DNA from: a bacterium
GTDB lineage: Bacteria; Patescibacteriota; Minisyncoccia; Phycocordibacterales; Phycocordibacteraceae
Direction of reading: 5' to 3'
DNA: 64,000 nucleotides
Assembly: GCA_030651285.1 (NCBI GenBank)
Contig: JAUSCN010000013.1
Location: forward strand, 28,448-92,447
In this document: piece by piece, positions 53,331-61,938 of the stretch
Position numbering within the stretch: position 1 is the stretch's first letter
Layout of the letters: each line of letters opens with the position of its first letter
Notes under the pieces: model-generated
What the model was told of the DNA's origin: nothing
The model's database searches: none
The model's input: only the letters and a program-made list of their open reading frames with translations
Program-made: the position numbers and the translations under genes

Positions 53331-54431
53331 ATGATCATTTCAATTGAAAAAAAGAAATTCGGAGAAGCTGTGCATACGGTCTCAAGATTCGCTGAACGTA
53401 AGAGTGCAACTCTTCCAGTACTCTCAGCAATACTTCTTATAGCGGGTGATGATGGTATAAAAATGCGCGCTACAAATCTTGAGACAGGTATTGATCTTAA
53501 GATCGATGGGGAATGCACTACAAAAGGTGTTGTTGCTATCCCAGCGACCGTATTACAGCAAATAGCGAGTTCCTTCACTCAAGAAGGGAAGATACTCCTG
53601 GAGCATAATGGAGATATTCTTTCTATAACAAGCGGAAATAGTAAAAGTTCTATTAAGACGGTCCCATATGAGGATTTCCCAACAATTCCTTTCCCTGAGA
53701 ATCCCAAGAACAAAATAGAGCTTCCTGGAGTATTACTTCGCTCTCTTTTTACTACCATCGCCCCATGTGCATCCTCCTCTACTGTGCGTCCAGAACTGGC
53801 GAGTATCTATCTATCTATTGAAGGTGGGGTGTTAACTGCGGTAACAACTGACTCCTTTAGGCTTGCTGAGAAAAAAATACCTCTCATGAATAAAGGGATT
53901 CAAGGGAAGTTTTTGATTCCCGCAAAAAATGCTCTTGATATAGCTCAAGCCATTCCAGATACAGACATTACGGTCTCATTTGATGAGCATCAATGTGCGT
54001 TCGTAAGTGATGCTGGAATGCTTGTGTCGAGACTTACAAATGCGGTATACCCTGATTATCGCCAAATCATACCTAAAGAATCAGCTGTCGAAGCAACTGT
54101 TCTTAGAAAGGATTTCGAAAACTCACTTAAACGAACGACTATATTCTCGGATTCATTCCAGAAAGTAAAAATGAGTTTTGATCCTAAGAAGAATCAATTT
54201 TCTCTCTTCGCTCGAAATACTGACATTGGAGAATCCTCTGAAACAATTTCAGCGCATATATCAGGAGACTCTCTCGAGCTTTCATTTAACCACCGCTACT
54301 TATCCGCTGTATTAGCGCTCACACAAGCAGAAAGTATATCTCTAAGTGCGGCTGGTATCGGCCGACCACTCATTATTAAAGGGGTTGGGGATACATCACT
54401 TCTATATTTAGTTTCTCCAATGAATCAATAG
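53331..54431 (+). CDS. dnaN: DNA polymerase III beta sliding clamp
   Basis: Three-domain 366-aa protein. It carries the ATNLE and TDSFRLA motifs and sits in the expected position after dnaA. Confidence 0.92.
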   Translation: MIISIEKKKFGEAVHTVSRFAERKSATLPVLSAILLIAGDDGIKMRATNLETGIDLKIDGECTTKGVVAIPATVLQQIASSFTQEGKILLEHNGDILSITSGNSKSSIKTVPYEDFPTIPFPENPKNKIELPGVLLRSLFTTIAPCASSSTVRPELASIYLSIEGGVLTAVTTDSFRLAEKKIPLMNKGIQGKFLIPAKNALDIAQAIPDTDITVSFDEHQCAFVSDAGMLVSRLTNAVYPDYRQIIPKESAVEATVLRKDFENSLKRTTIFSDSFQKVKMSFDPKKNQFSLFARNTDIGESSETISAHISGDSLELSFNHRYLSAVLALTQAESISLSAAGIGRPLIIKGVGDTSLLYLVSPMNQ

Positions 54432-54445
54432 TATAGAATTTGATA

Positions 54446-56572
54446 CTATAAAGCATTCTGATGAGTTGCATACCAATTTGCGATTCCATATTCCCAATAA
54501 TCGAACTGAGGATCTCTCGATGGATCTATAAGAGCAGGACCTTGAGGGTTATTTTTGTCAGTCCAATATAAGAGACTATGAGGAATTATGTTTCCTTGAG
54601 GGTCGGGTATATGCCAATCTCCTCGGAATATTAGAGAAGTCGATGAAGCAATTACACTCGGTTCACCGAAATATGTCTTTGGATATTTTGAGATCGCGTA
54701 CGCCATTGCCTCGTGCCACATGGGAGCTGTGATATATCCTGCGATAGACTTCACCATTGGGCTGTTGTCATTATTTCCTGACCACACACCTATCGCGACA
54801 GAGGGAGTATATCCGACCACCCAAGCATCACGGGTATCATTCGTTGTGCCTGTCTTTACTGCGACGTCGTATCCAGGGAAAGAAAGGGGAGAGTTGAGGG
54901 GGTATTCTGGGAATCGAGCGTATGCATCAGAGAGTATTGTGGAGATATCTCGTGCAGTCTGTATAGGTATTACACGTGACTGTTGAGGGGAGAATTGAGT
55001 AAGTATATTTCCTGAAGAGTCATATACCTCAAGTATGCCGGTAGGAGTGTTTTTCACTCCATCATTTGCGAATGTCGCGTATGCGCTGGTGAGATCAAGA
55101 AGTCGCACCTCGCCGCCTCCAAGAACGAGTGTGAGTCCGTACTGGTTAGGATCTCCGAGGGTGGAGAGACCAAATGATTTTGCGAGATTTATAGCATTCT
55201 GAATTCCTACAAGATAGAGGACTTTAATAGCGGGAATGTTTATTGATTGTGCGAGGGCAGTCTTAAAAGTCATTGGGCCGCGAAAGATGTCATCGAAGTT
55301 CGAAGGCGCGTAACAAGGAGGAGTGTTGTTTGTAATGTCCGACGGCTTACATGCCGTTGAGAACTGAGTTTGTGTGTCGAATATGACCGTATCACGCGTG
55401 TATCCGCGCGTGAGAGCGAGGGAATACACAATAGGTTTCATAGTGGACCCTGGTTGTCGGGACGCAAGTGCGGCGTTGTATTGGCCGTCGATAGCTTTAT
55501 CAAAGAAGTCTCGTGATCCAACCATAGCGAGGATTTGCCCAGTTGATGGATCTATAGCGATAAGAGATGCGTTGGATGCATTGAATTTCTTTACGTTTTC
55601 AAGGGCATATTTATTCACAATGGATTCAGCTTTTACTTCAAGATCAGAGTCGAGAGTGGTGATCACTTTCAAACCGGAAGTGAGAGATTGGGGGCCATAC
55701 ATCTCCTCGAGCTGGTTGAGGATATAGAACACAAAATGCGGAGCAACTATAGAGGTATGCCCTGTCGGAGAGAAAGAAACTTTTTCAGACCTAGCTGCTG
55801 TATAGGTGGTGTCATCTATGAATCCGAGTGTGCGCATCCTCTCCAGTACTAAATCTTTACGAGCTGTGAGTTCGTTTTGGTGGATCCCGTATGGGGAGTA
55901 GTAAGAAGGGGCTTGGATCATCGCAGCGAGATATGCAGCTTGAGCGAGAGAAAGATCTTTTGCTGGTTTGCCGAAATAGGATTCCGCTGCCGCCTCTACA
56001 CCATAGAGGGTGCCTCCGTATGGAATGTTATTCAAATACGTCTCAAGAATCTGATTCTTCGAATATGCCTGCTCAAGTTTTATAGCGAGCATCCACTCAT
56101 TTATTTTCCGAGTAATGCTCTTTTTGTGTGTGAGAAGCTCGATCTTCACCACTTGTTGAGTGATGGTAGATCCTCCTTGAGACAGGCCGACACCAAGTGC
56201 GTCAGCTAGTATGGCGCGAATGATCGAAGTGAGACGGATGCCGCCATGTTCATAGAAACTCGAATCCTCGATGGCAATAGTCGCGTTTATTGTGTTCGGC
56301 GATACGGAAGAAAGGGGAATGACATTGCGCTTCGCATCCCGGTTGTAGTCGTATAAGAGGACTTGCCCGGTACGATCATAGATCTTCGTCGATTGATCGA
56401 CCTGTCGAGAAGAGAAGGAGTTTATATCTGGAACGGGGGTTATAGCAACAGAAAGCAGGATTCCTCCACCTATGAGGAATCCTGCTCCTAGGAAAACAAG
56501 AATGACCGCGAGTACCGTGTGTCGCCGAGAGTTGTGATGCTGGGAAGACATGGTTTGTATGCTACCACGCAT
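54446..56572 (-). CDS. class A penicillin-binding protein (glycosyltransferase + transpeptidase)
   Basis: GT51 motifs EDSSFYEHGGI and GGSTITQQ. Transpeptidase motifs STMKP, SxN and KTGT. Confidence 0.9.
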   Translation of the reverse strand: MRGSIQTMSSQHHNSRRHTVLAVILVFLGAGFLIGGGILLSVAITPVPDINSFSSRQVDQSTKIYDRTGQVLLYDYNRDAKRNVIPLSSVSPNTINATIAIEDSSFYEHGGIRLTSIIRAILADALGVGLSQGGSTITQQVVKIELLTHKKSITRKINEWMLAIKLEQAYSKNQILETYLNNIPYGGTLYGVEAAAESYFGKPAKDLSLAQAAYLAAMIQAPSYYSPYGIHQNELTARKDLVLERMRTLGFIDDTTYTAARSEKVSFSPTGHTSIVAPHFVFYILNQLEEMYGPQSLTSGLKVITTLDSDLEVKAESIVNKYALENVKKFNASNASLIAIDPSTGQILAMVGSRDFFDKAIDGQYNAALASRQPGSTMKPIVYSLALTRGYTRDTVIFDTQTQFSTACKPSDITNNTPPCYAPSNFDDIFRGPMTFKTALAQSINIPAIKVLYLVGIQNAINLAKSFGLSTLGDPNQYGLTLVLGGGEVRLLDLTSAYATFANDGVKNTPTGILEVYDSSGNILTQFSPQQSRVIPIQTARDISTILSDAYARFPEYPLNSPLSFPGYDVAVKTGTTNDTRDAWVVGYTPSVAIGVWSGNNDNSPMVKSIAGYITAPMWHEAMAYAISKYPKTYFGEPSVIASSTSLIFRGDWHIPDPQGNIIPHSLLYWTDKNNPQGPALIDPSRDPQFDYWEYGIANWYATHQNAL

Positions 56573-56587
56573 CCCGTAATCATCAGT

Positions 56588-56746
56588 TTAGTAATCTTTT
56601 TCTTCTTCCTCACTAAGGCCAACACCTCCCCGCATCTCCCCCTCTTCATCAAGACTGAACTCACTTTCTTCATCATCAAGCAGATCATCTTCCTCCTCTT
56701 CCGTGAGGGGATCGAAGCCTGAAATCATCTCATCTTCTTCATTCAT
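56588..56746 (-). CDS. possible 52-aa highly acidic protein
   Basis: Hand translation gives MNEEDEMISGFDPLTEEEEDDLLDDEESEFSLDEEGEMRGGVGLSEEEEKDY. It lies directly upstream of the PBP gene and has no homology support. Confidence 0.3.
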   Translation of the reverse strand: MNEEDEMISGFDPLTEEEEDDLLDDEESEFSLDEEGEMRGGVGLSEEEEKDY

Positions 56747-56846
56747 AGATTATGAATATCGTTAAAATCTAACCCTGGTTCGGGAATGGGTATATTGAAA
56801 CAAATTTTTTTATCATGCAACACCCACGTGGGTGTCTTGGTGTGGA

Positions 56847-57323
56847 TTAAGGGCGTGAGAGTCCAGAAGCAAGTGCGGCTATACCGATCGCTATAGCATC
56901 GAGCTCATCATCAAGGCGCTTTCTTTTGGGGAGTGTGACAAGTCGAGGAACCATGTTTTCAATATCAGATTTGCTCGCACGGCCATGGCCAGTGACTGCA
57001 ATTTTCACTTGTTGAGGGGTACATTCGATCACAGGAAGGGAAGCGATACCTGCGATAGCAAGTATCGCGCCGCGAGCTTCCGCAACACCTAGTGCGGTCT
57101 TCTTATTCGTACTGAAGAAGAGGGATTCTATCGCGAGTGCGTCGGGGGCATATTTCTTGATCGCAGCAGAAACAGATGTCGCCACTGTCGCGAGACGCTT
57201 CTCACGGGCTCCTTTTTCGGGAAGGACACAATCACTCATAATAAGTGAGGGTCGTGATGGATTTCCTTCGATAATAGCGATACCGAGACGATCGTACCCG
57301 GGATCAATCGCCAGTATTCTCAT
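56847..57323 (-). CDS. ruvC: crossover junction endodeoxyribonuclease RuvC
   Basis: MRILAIDPGYDRLGIAII.., with the start set at this Met. Confidence 0.88.
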   Translation of the reverse strand: MRILAIDPGYDRLGIAIIEGNPSRPSLIMSDCVLPEKGAREKRLATVATSVSAAIKKYAPDALAIESLFFSTNKKTALGVAEARGAILAIAGIASLPVIECTPQQVKIAVTGHGRASKSDIENMVPRLVTLPKRKRLDDELDAIAIGIAALASGLSRP

Positions 57324-57858
57324 ATCCGCGAGCATTTGTGAACACTTGCTGCACATCATCATGCTCGTCGAGCGCTTCGAGAATCGTACCGAGACGAATC
57401 TCATCATCGCCAGAGATTTCGACGAGCGGTTCATTCGGAATGTATTCATTGCCAGCCTTCGTGAACGCCCAGCTTGCTGCACCAGGAGAGGCGAGTTCGA
57501 CTCCTTGCAGCACGAGCAAATGCTTTACCTCCTGTGTGGTGCGATTCTTATTGTCGGTGAGAGCGTCAATGAGGATGGCGACGCCTCCAGGCCCGTATGC
57601 TTCATATACGACCTGTTCAAGATTGCCCGAATCCTTCGACGCTCCCTTTGCGACTGCGCGCTCGATATTTTCCTTGGGCATGTTCGCTGCTTTTGCGCGA
57701 GCGATTACCGCGGAGAGCCCAGGTGCCGAAACGAGTCCATTCGCTTTCTTTGATTCGAGAGCGATGAGTCGCGCGAATCGGGAAAACACGCGGCTTCGTG
57801 TGGCGTCAGTCACTGCCTTCTGCCGTTTTATCTGTGCCCATTTACTGTGTCCAGACAT
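57304..57858 (-). CDS. yebC: YebC/PmpR-family regulator (compact, 184 aa)
   Basis: MSGHSKWAQIKRQKA.. and YEAYGPGGVAILIDALTDNKNRT. It is about 50-60 aa shorter than the E. coli YebC I recall. Confidence 0.85.
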   Translation of the reverse strand: MSGHSKWAQIKRQKAVTDATRSRVFSRFARLIALESKKANGLVSAPGLSAVIARAKAANMPKENIERAVAKGASKDSGNLEQVVYEAYGPGGVAILIDALTDNKNRTTQEVKHLLVLQGVELASPGAASWAFTKAGNEYIPNEPLVEISGDDEIRLGTILEALDEHDDVQQVFTNARGYENTGD

Positions 57859-57900
57859 AAGAATAGTTTATTACTAGAAGCGTACAGGAACTCAGTCTAC

Positions 57901-58887
57901 CTATGCTTCGCCCGTAAGAAAAGAGCGACCTTTTGGAGACAGTACGCGCCCGCGAGAGGATCGTTCGATAAATCCGAGGCGAAGTAGGTAGGGCTCATAC
58001 ACATGCTCCACAGTGTCGGGGTCTTCATGCAGAGACGCCGCGAGCGCGCGGACGCCCGCCGGGCCTCCACGGAAACTCTTCAGGAGAGTGTCGAGGTAGC
58101 GACGATCGTCTTTGGTAAGGCCGAGAGTATCGATGCCGAACAGCTCACACGCCTCGTCGCAGAGAGCGGCAGACAATGGGCGCCCATGCACTTCAGAGAA
58201 GTCGCGGACGCGCTTCAAGAGAGCGTTTGCGAGACGTGGGGTTGCGCGGCTTCGTGCCGCGATGCGTTCGATGACCTCTTCGGGCGCCGACAGGTTTAAG
58301 AGAGATGCCGAGCGGCGGATAATGTCTCGCAGGTCTTCATCATTATAGAAATCAAGCTGATAAGTTCCGCCGCCGAATCGTGAACGGAGTGGTCCAGAAA
58401 GTTCTGCGATGCGCGTCGTTGCTCCGACGAGGGTGAAGGAGGGTAGTGCGAGCTCAATGGTGCGGGCGGAAGGTCCTTTCCCGAGGATGATATCGAGATG
58501 GCCTGACTCAAGCGCTGGGTACAGAAGCTCTTCGATTTTTCTCGGGAGGCGATGTATCTCATCGATAAAGAGAACAGTATTCGGTTCGAGGTTGGTAAGT
58601 ATCGCCGCGAGGTCGCCCGAGCGCTCGATAGCCACACCAGACGTAGATTTCAAAGGGGATTGAAGTGTTGTCGCGACAAGGTGGGCGAGGGTCGTCTTTC
58701 CGACACCTGGAGGGCCGTAGAAAAGAATGTGCTCGGGCATGCTTCCGCGCTTCTTTGCGGCATCGATCGCGATTCGCACGTTGGCTTTTACTTGTTTTTG
58801 CCCAACATACTCGTCCCATTCCGATGGTCGGAGCGCTGCGTCGAGCGACTTCACAAGAGGGAGCAAGTCTTCCGAGGGGGTTGACAT
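57901..58887 (-). CDS. ruvB: Holliday junction branch migration helicase RuvB
   Basis: Walker A GPPGVGKTTLA, FIDEIHRL, and a winged-helix C-terminus. Confidence 0.93.
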   Translation of the reverse strand: MSTPSEDLLPLVKSLDAALRPSEWDEYVGQKQVKANVRIAIDAAKKRGSMPEHILFYGPPGVGKTTLAHLVATTLQSPLKSTSGVAIERSGDLAAILTNLEPNTVLFIDEIHRLPRKIEELLYPALESGHLDIILGKGPSARTIELALPSFTLVGATTRIAELSGPLRSRFGGGTYQLDFYNDEDLRDIIRRSASLLNLSAPEEVIERIAARSRATPRLANALLKRVRDFSEVHGRPLSAALCDEACELFGIDTLGLTKDDRRYLDTLLKSFRGGPAGVRALAASLHEDPDTVEHVYEPYLLRLGFIERSSRGRVLSPKGRSFLTGEA

Positions 58888-58931
58888 AAAATAGGATGGT
58901 GCTAGTATATTAACATAGTTTCGGCGGTTCG

Positions 58932-59219
58932 TTATTGACCAAGGGAAGGTGGGTCAATAACGGGCTCTCTTAGATCCTTTTCATACTCCTCTAGGCAAGG
59001 CTTGACGGCTTCGGACGTTTCCCCAAGGATTTTGTGGTTTATTACTTCGGTAATGAGGCTGCGGAACTCCTCAGGTGTCTCGTCTACCCCGCGTAATGCG
59101 GGTTTTTGCCTGGGGGAGTATGGATGGGATTTTTTCAGATAAACGTACGTAGTGGTGCGCCGTGCGCTATCTCGGAATGTCGACGGTTGAGAGGACTTCG
59201 GAGAGGGAGGTGTCGCCAT
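58932..59219 (-). CDS. hypothetical protein (weak call)
   Basis: 95-aa ORF that fills the gap between pilB-like and ruvB. Its 5' part overlaps the pilB-like 3' end by 53 nt, so the true start may lie further downstream. No family was recognised. Confidence 0.25.
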   Translation of the reverse strand: MATPPSPKSSQPSTFRDSARRTTTYVYLKKSHPYSPRQKPALRGVDETPEEFRSLITEVINHKILGETSEAVKPCLEEYEKDLREPVIDPPSLGQ

Positions 59220-60837
59220 TCAGGGCTTTGATGATTCCATCTTGTGCCATAGTGAGATATCCCTGCTTTGCCGCAGCTTTTGCGATTTCGTTTTCAGGCG
59301 GGTTTTCCCGCAGAAAGTTTGCGAGCTCGTCATCCATGAATATTGCTTCGTACAATCCGACGCGCCCTTTGTATCCGGTCTCGGCCTCGCTTGTTGGAGC
59401 AGGCTCCCAGACCGTCTCAATCTTTTCAGGAATCAGGGTCTTGTCAGCAAGCGGTTCGAATACTTTCGCGATCATCTGCTTTTCGTCCGCAGTGAGCGGC
59501 CGTTCTTTTTTCTGGTTTGGGTCTAGCTTACGCACGAGACGCTGGGCCATCGACACGGTAACTGCGGAACCGAAGGATTTCGGATCTGCACCAAGGTCGA
59601 CAAGGCGAGGGAAGGTGCCGGCCGCATTGTTTGTGTGAAGGGTGGAGAATACAAAGTGTCCGGTGAGCGCTGCTTGGATGGCGATGTTAGTCGTTTCCTG
59701 GTCGCGAATTTCGCCAACCATGATGATGTCTGGGTCTTGCCGCACGATCGACTTGAGTCCTTCGGCAAACGTATACGTCTCTCCTGAGACTTGGGTCTGT
59801 ACGATGCCGTCGAGGTGGTACTCCACAGGGTCTTCGATGGTGATGATCTTTATCTCCGGGGAGTGAATCTCACGGAGGAATGAATACAGGGTAGTCGTTT
59901 TTCCGCTTCCAGTAGGGCCAGTCGTAAGAAGCATGCCGTTCGGGCGGCGGATTTCCGTCTCAAGACGAGCGAGGAGTTTCGGGGGGATGCCAAGTTCCTT
60001 GTAGGAAACCTTGGTCGCCTCGGGGTCGAGAATACGCATCACGATTGACTCACCAAAGTTGCCTGGGATGAACGATACACGCATCTCGATTTGACTCGTT
60101 CCTTTTTCGATACTGAAACGGCCGTCTTGTGCTCGGTTAGTAACATTGAGCTTCATTCCCGAGAGGAGTTTTATACGTGAGTTGAGTAGGTGATAGGTCT
60201 GAGCATCAAATGAATACAGCTCAGAAAGAAGTCCATCGATGCGCAATCGAAGGACTGTTTTTCCCTCGCTCGGCTCGAAGTGTATGTCGGATGCGCGAAG
60301 AGCGAACGCTCCCGCGAGTACGAGCTCGAATGTGCGCGAAACGCGCTCAAGAGCTTTCAAGGCGGCTGTGCTTTCCAGCTCTTGTAGGAGTTTTTTTCGT
60401 GGCTCGGCTGCTTGGGATATGTTTGCAAGGATTTCTGGGGCAACAACGAAGACGCCTGGCTTCGATTGTGTGGTGGTAGTAAGGTCGCTGTAGCGCGCAA
60501 GCAGTTTATCAAGGCTTTTCCTTGAAACGAGATATTTCTGGATCTCGAATCCTCGCTCCGCGAGATCTTCGAGAAGTTTCGGAAGCGCAGTGTTATTTGG
60601 ATTATGAATCGCAAGAGACAGTACTTTCGCAGCTTTCATGAATGCGGCTGCCTCAGCAGTATGGGCGACTTCTTCAGGGACGACACGAAGCGCATCGACA
60701 TCAACTTCTTTGAGCGAGAGGTCGATGTAAGACATGCTGTATTTCTCGGAGAGAATTTGTGCAATATCTTCTTCTTCGTGCTCGCGCACCTGCGCGAGCT
60801 TTGTTTTTTCGTGCTCAGTATCAAAAGGGAGATCCAT
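59167..60837 (-). CDS. second GspE/PilB-family secretion/pilus ATPase
   Basis: GSPII_E N-terminal domain, Walker A GPTGSGKTTT, VGEIRD and TGHFVFSTLHTN. The start is set at MDLPFDTE. Confidence 0.88.
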   Translation of the reverse strand: MDLPFDTEHEKTKLAQVREHEEEDIAQILSEKYSMSYIDLSLKEVDVDALRVVPEEVAHTAEAAAFMKAAKVLSLAIHNPNNTALPKLLEDLAERGFEIQKYLVSRKSLDKLLARYSDLTTTTQSKPGVFVVAPEILANISQAAEPRKKLLQELESTAALKALERVSRTFELVLAGAFALRASDIHFEPSEGKTVLRLRIDGLLSELYSFDAQTYHLLNSRIKLLSGMKLNVTNRAQDGRFSIEKGTSQIEMRVSFIPGNFGESIVMRILDPEATKVSYKELGIPPKLLARLETEIRRPNGMLLTTGPTGSGKTTTLYSFLREIHSPEIKIITIEDPVEYHLDGIVQTQVSGETYTFAEGLKSIVRQDPDIIMVGEIRDQETTNIAIQAALTGHFVFSTLHTNNAAGTFPRLVDLGADPKSFGSAVTVSMAQRLVRKLDPNQKKERPLTADEKQMIAKVFEPLADKTLIPEKIETVWEPAPTSEAETGYKGRVGLYEAIFMDDELANFLRENPPENEIAKAAAKQGYLTMAQDGIIKALNGDTSLSEVLSTVDIPR

Positions 60838-60881
60838 GAAATGTAATGATAGCAGACTCGGAAATAGGGTAGGAGTGGCAC

Positions 60882-60911
60882 TTGACAATATGTAATATAT
60901 GGTAGTATAAT
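60882..60911 (+). promoter_or_regulatory. consensus sigma70 promoter
   Basis: TTGACA, an 18-nt spacer, then TATAAT. A DnaA-box-like TGTGGATAG (60915-60923) lies just downstream. Confidence 0.55.
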
Positions 60912-60962
60912 TTATGTGGATAGTTTTCTGCCAATTCCAACATCCGAACGAAAGGAGGGCGT

Positions 60963-61424
60963 ATGCCTAAAAGCATAGTCACGGTTCTTGCGGTGTACGT
61001 CTTGGCACTTCTTAGTGGGTGCGACACTCTGCATCCGCTGCAGGCGGTGCCGCACATCGAGGTGATTACGAGCCCTTCACAACAGTTGTATTGCAAATCA
61101 CCCATGATCTGGAAAGTGCGCGAAAGCTCCGGTGAGCGACAGGCAGTTTGCGAGGAGTTTGGGTACTCTCCGCCGCCTCTAGTGGATTACAAGACAGTGG
61201 CAGAGGAGTTAAAGCAGCTCCCGAACTTCAGGGAAGTATCTAAAGTTTCCCAGGTGTTCTGTCGGTGTCCTGGTGCGTGGGAGATCAGGAACGACCCGAA
61301 AGGTCAGGAGGGTACTTCGAAGGTTGCGGTAGTATGTCGTCTCCCTGATCGCTCAATGGTGGGTTGGTATTGGGGCTGGGGTGGTTGGTGGGCGTACCCC
61401 GGATATGGAATGTATCGGTATTGA
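60963..61424 (+). CDS. lipoprotein with a Trp/Gly/Tyr-rich C-terminal tail
   Basis: SD AAAGGAGGG, lipobox LLSGC, four further Cys, and the tail GWYWGWGGWWAYPGYGMYRY. Confidence 0.6.
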   Translation: MPKSIVTVLAVYVLALLSGCDTLHPLQAVPHIEVITSPSQQLYCKSPMIWKVRESSGERQAVCEEFGYSPPPLVDYKTVAEELKQLPNFREVSKVSQVFCRCPGAWEIRNDPKGQEGTSKVAVVCRLPDRSMVGWYWGWGGWWAYPGYGMYRY

Positions 61425-61431
61425 GGGGTAT

Positions 61432-61477
61432 GCGCCCCTTCTCAAAGTCTAAACGGCTTTGAGAAGGGGCGCTTTTT
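61432..61477 (+). terminator. rho-independent terminator (16-bp stem + T-run)
   Basis: gcgccccttctcaaag-(9 nt)-ctttgagaaggggcgc followed by ttttt. Confidence 0.8.
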
Positions 61478-61503
61478 CATTTTCAGCGGTACAATTGTTC
61501 TTA

Positions 61504-61938
61504 ATGGAGAAGACGATTCGCACTCTCGATGACCTTGAGGCGGAAGCTGTGTTTTTTGTACACACACTCTCGCCAGGCACTAAGGCGACGCTCGTTACAC
61601 TTTCTGGAGAGCTTGGCGCAGGGAAGACGGCGTTTACCAAAGCGGTTGCGCGCGCTCTTGGCGTCGAGGAAACCGTAAGCAGTCCGACGTTCGTACTTGA
61701 AAAAATATATCTACTCCCAGATGATCAGTCTTTCAAGCGACTGATACATATCGACGCGTATCGGCTCGAAAAGGGGAGCGAGCTTGCTCCACTCGGTTTC
61801 GATGAGTTCATGCAGGATTCCGGAAATCTTATTTTGCTGGAGTGGCCAGGAAAGGTGGCTGATGCTCTTCCGGTTCCATCAAAAAAACTTTCGTTCACCG
61901 TGCAGCCTGATGGCGCGCGCACTATTTCATATGACTAA
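61504..61938 (+). CDS. tsaE: tRNA t6A37 biosynthesis ATPase TsaE
   Basis: GELGAGKTAFTKAVARALGV..SPTF and HIDAYRL. The start is set after the terminator. Confidence 0.85.
   Translation: MEKTIRTLDDLEAEAVFFVHTLSPGTKATLVTLSGELGAGKTAFTKAVARALGVEETVSSPTFVLEKIYLLPDDQSFKRLIHIDAYRLEKGSELAPLGFDEFMQDSGNLILLEWPGKVADALPVPSKKLSFTVQPDGARTISYD

Noticed and set aside
57157-57877. Two overlapping plus-strand ORFs of 198 and 179 aa
   Set aside because: They are antisense to ruvC and yebC, both of which have clear family motifs.
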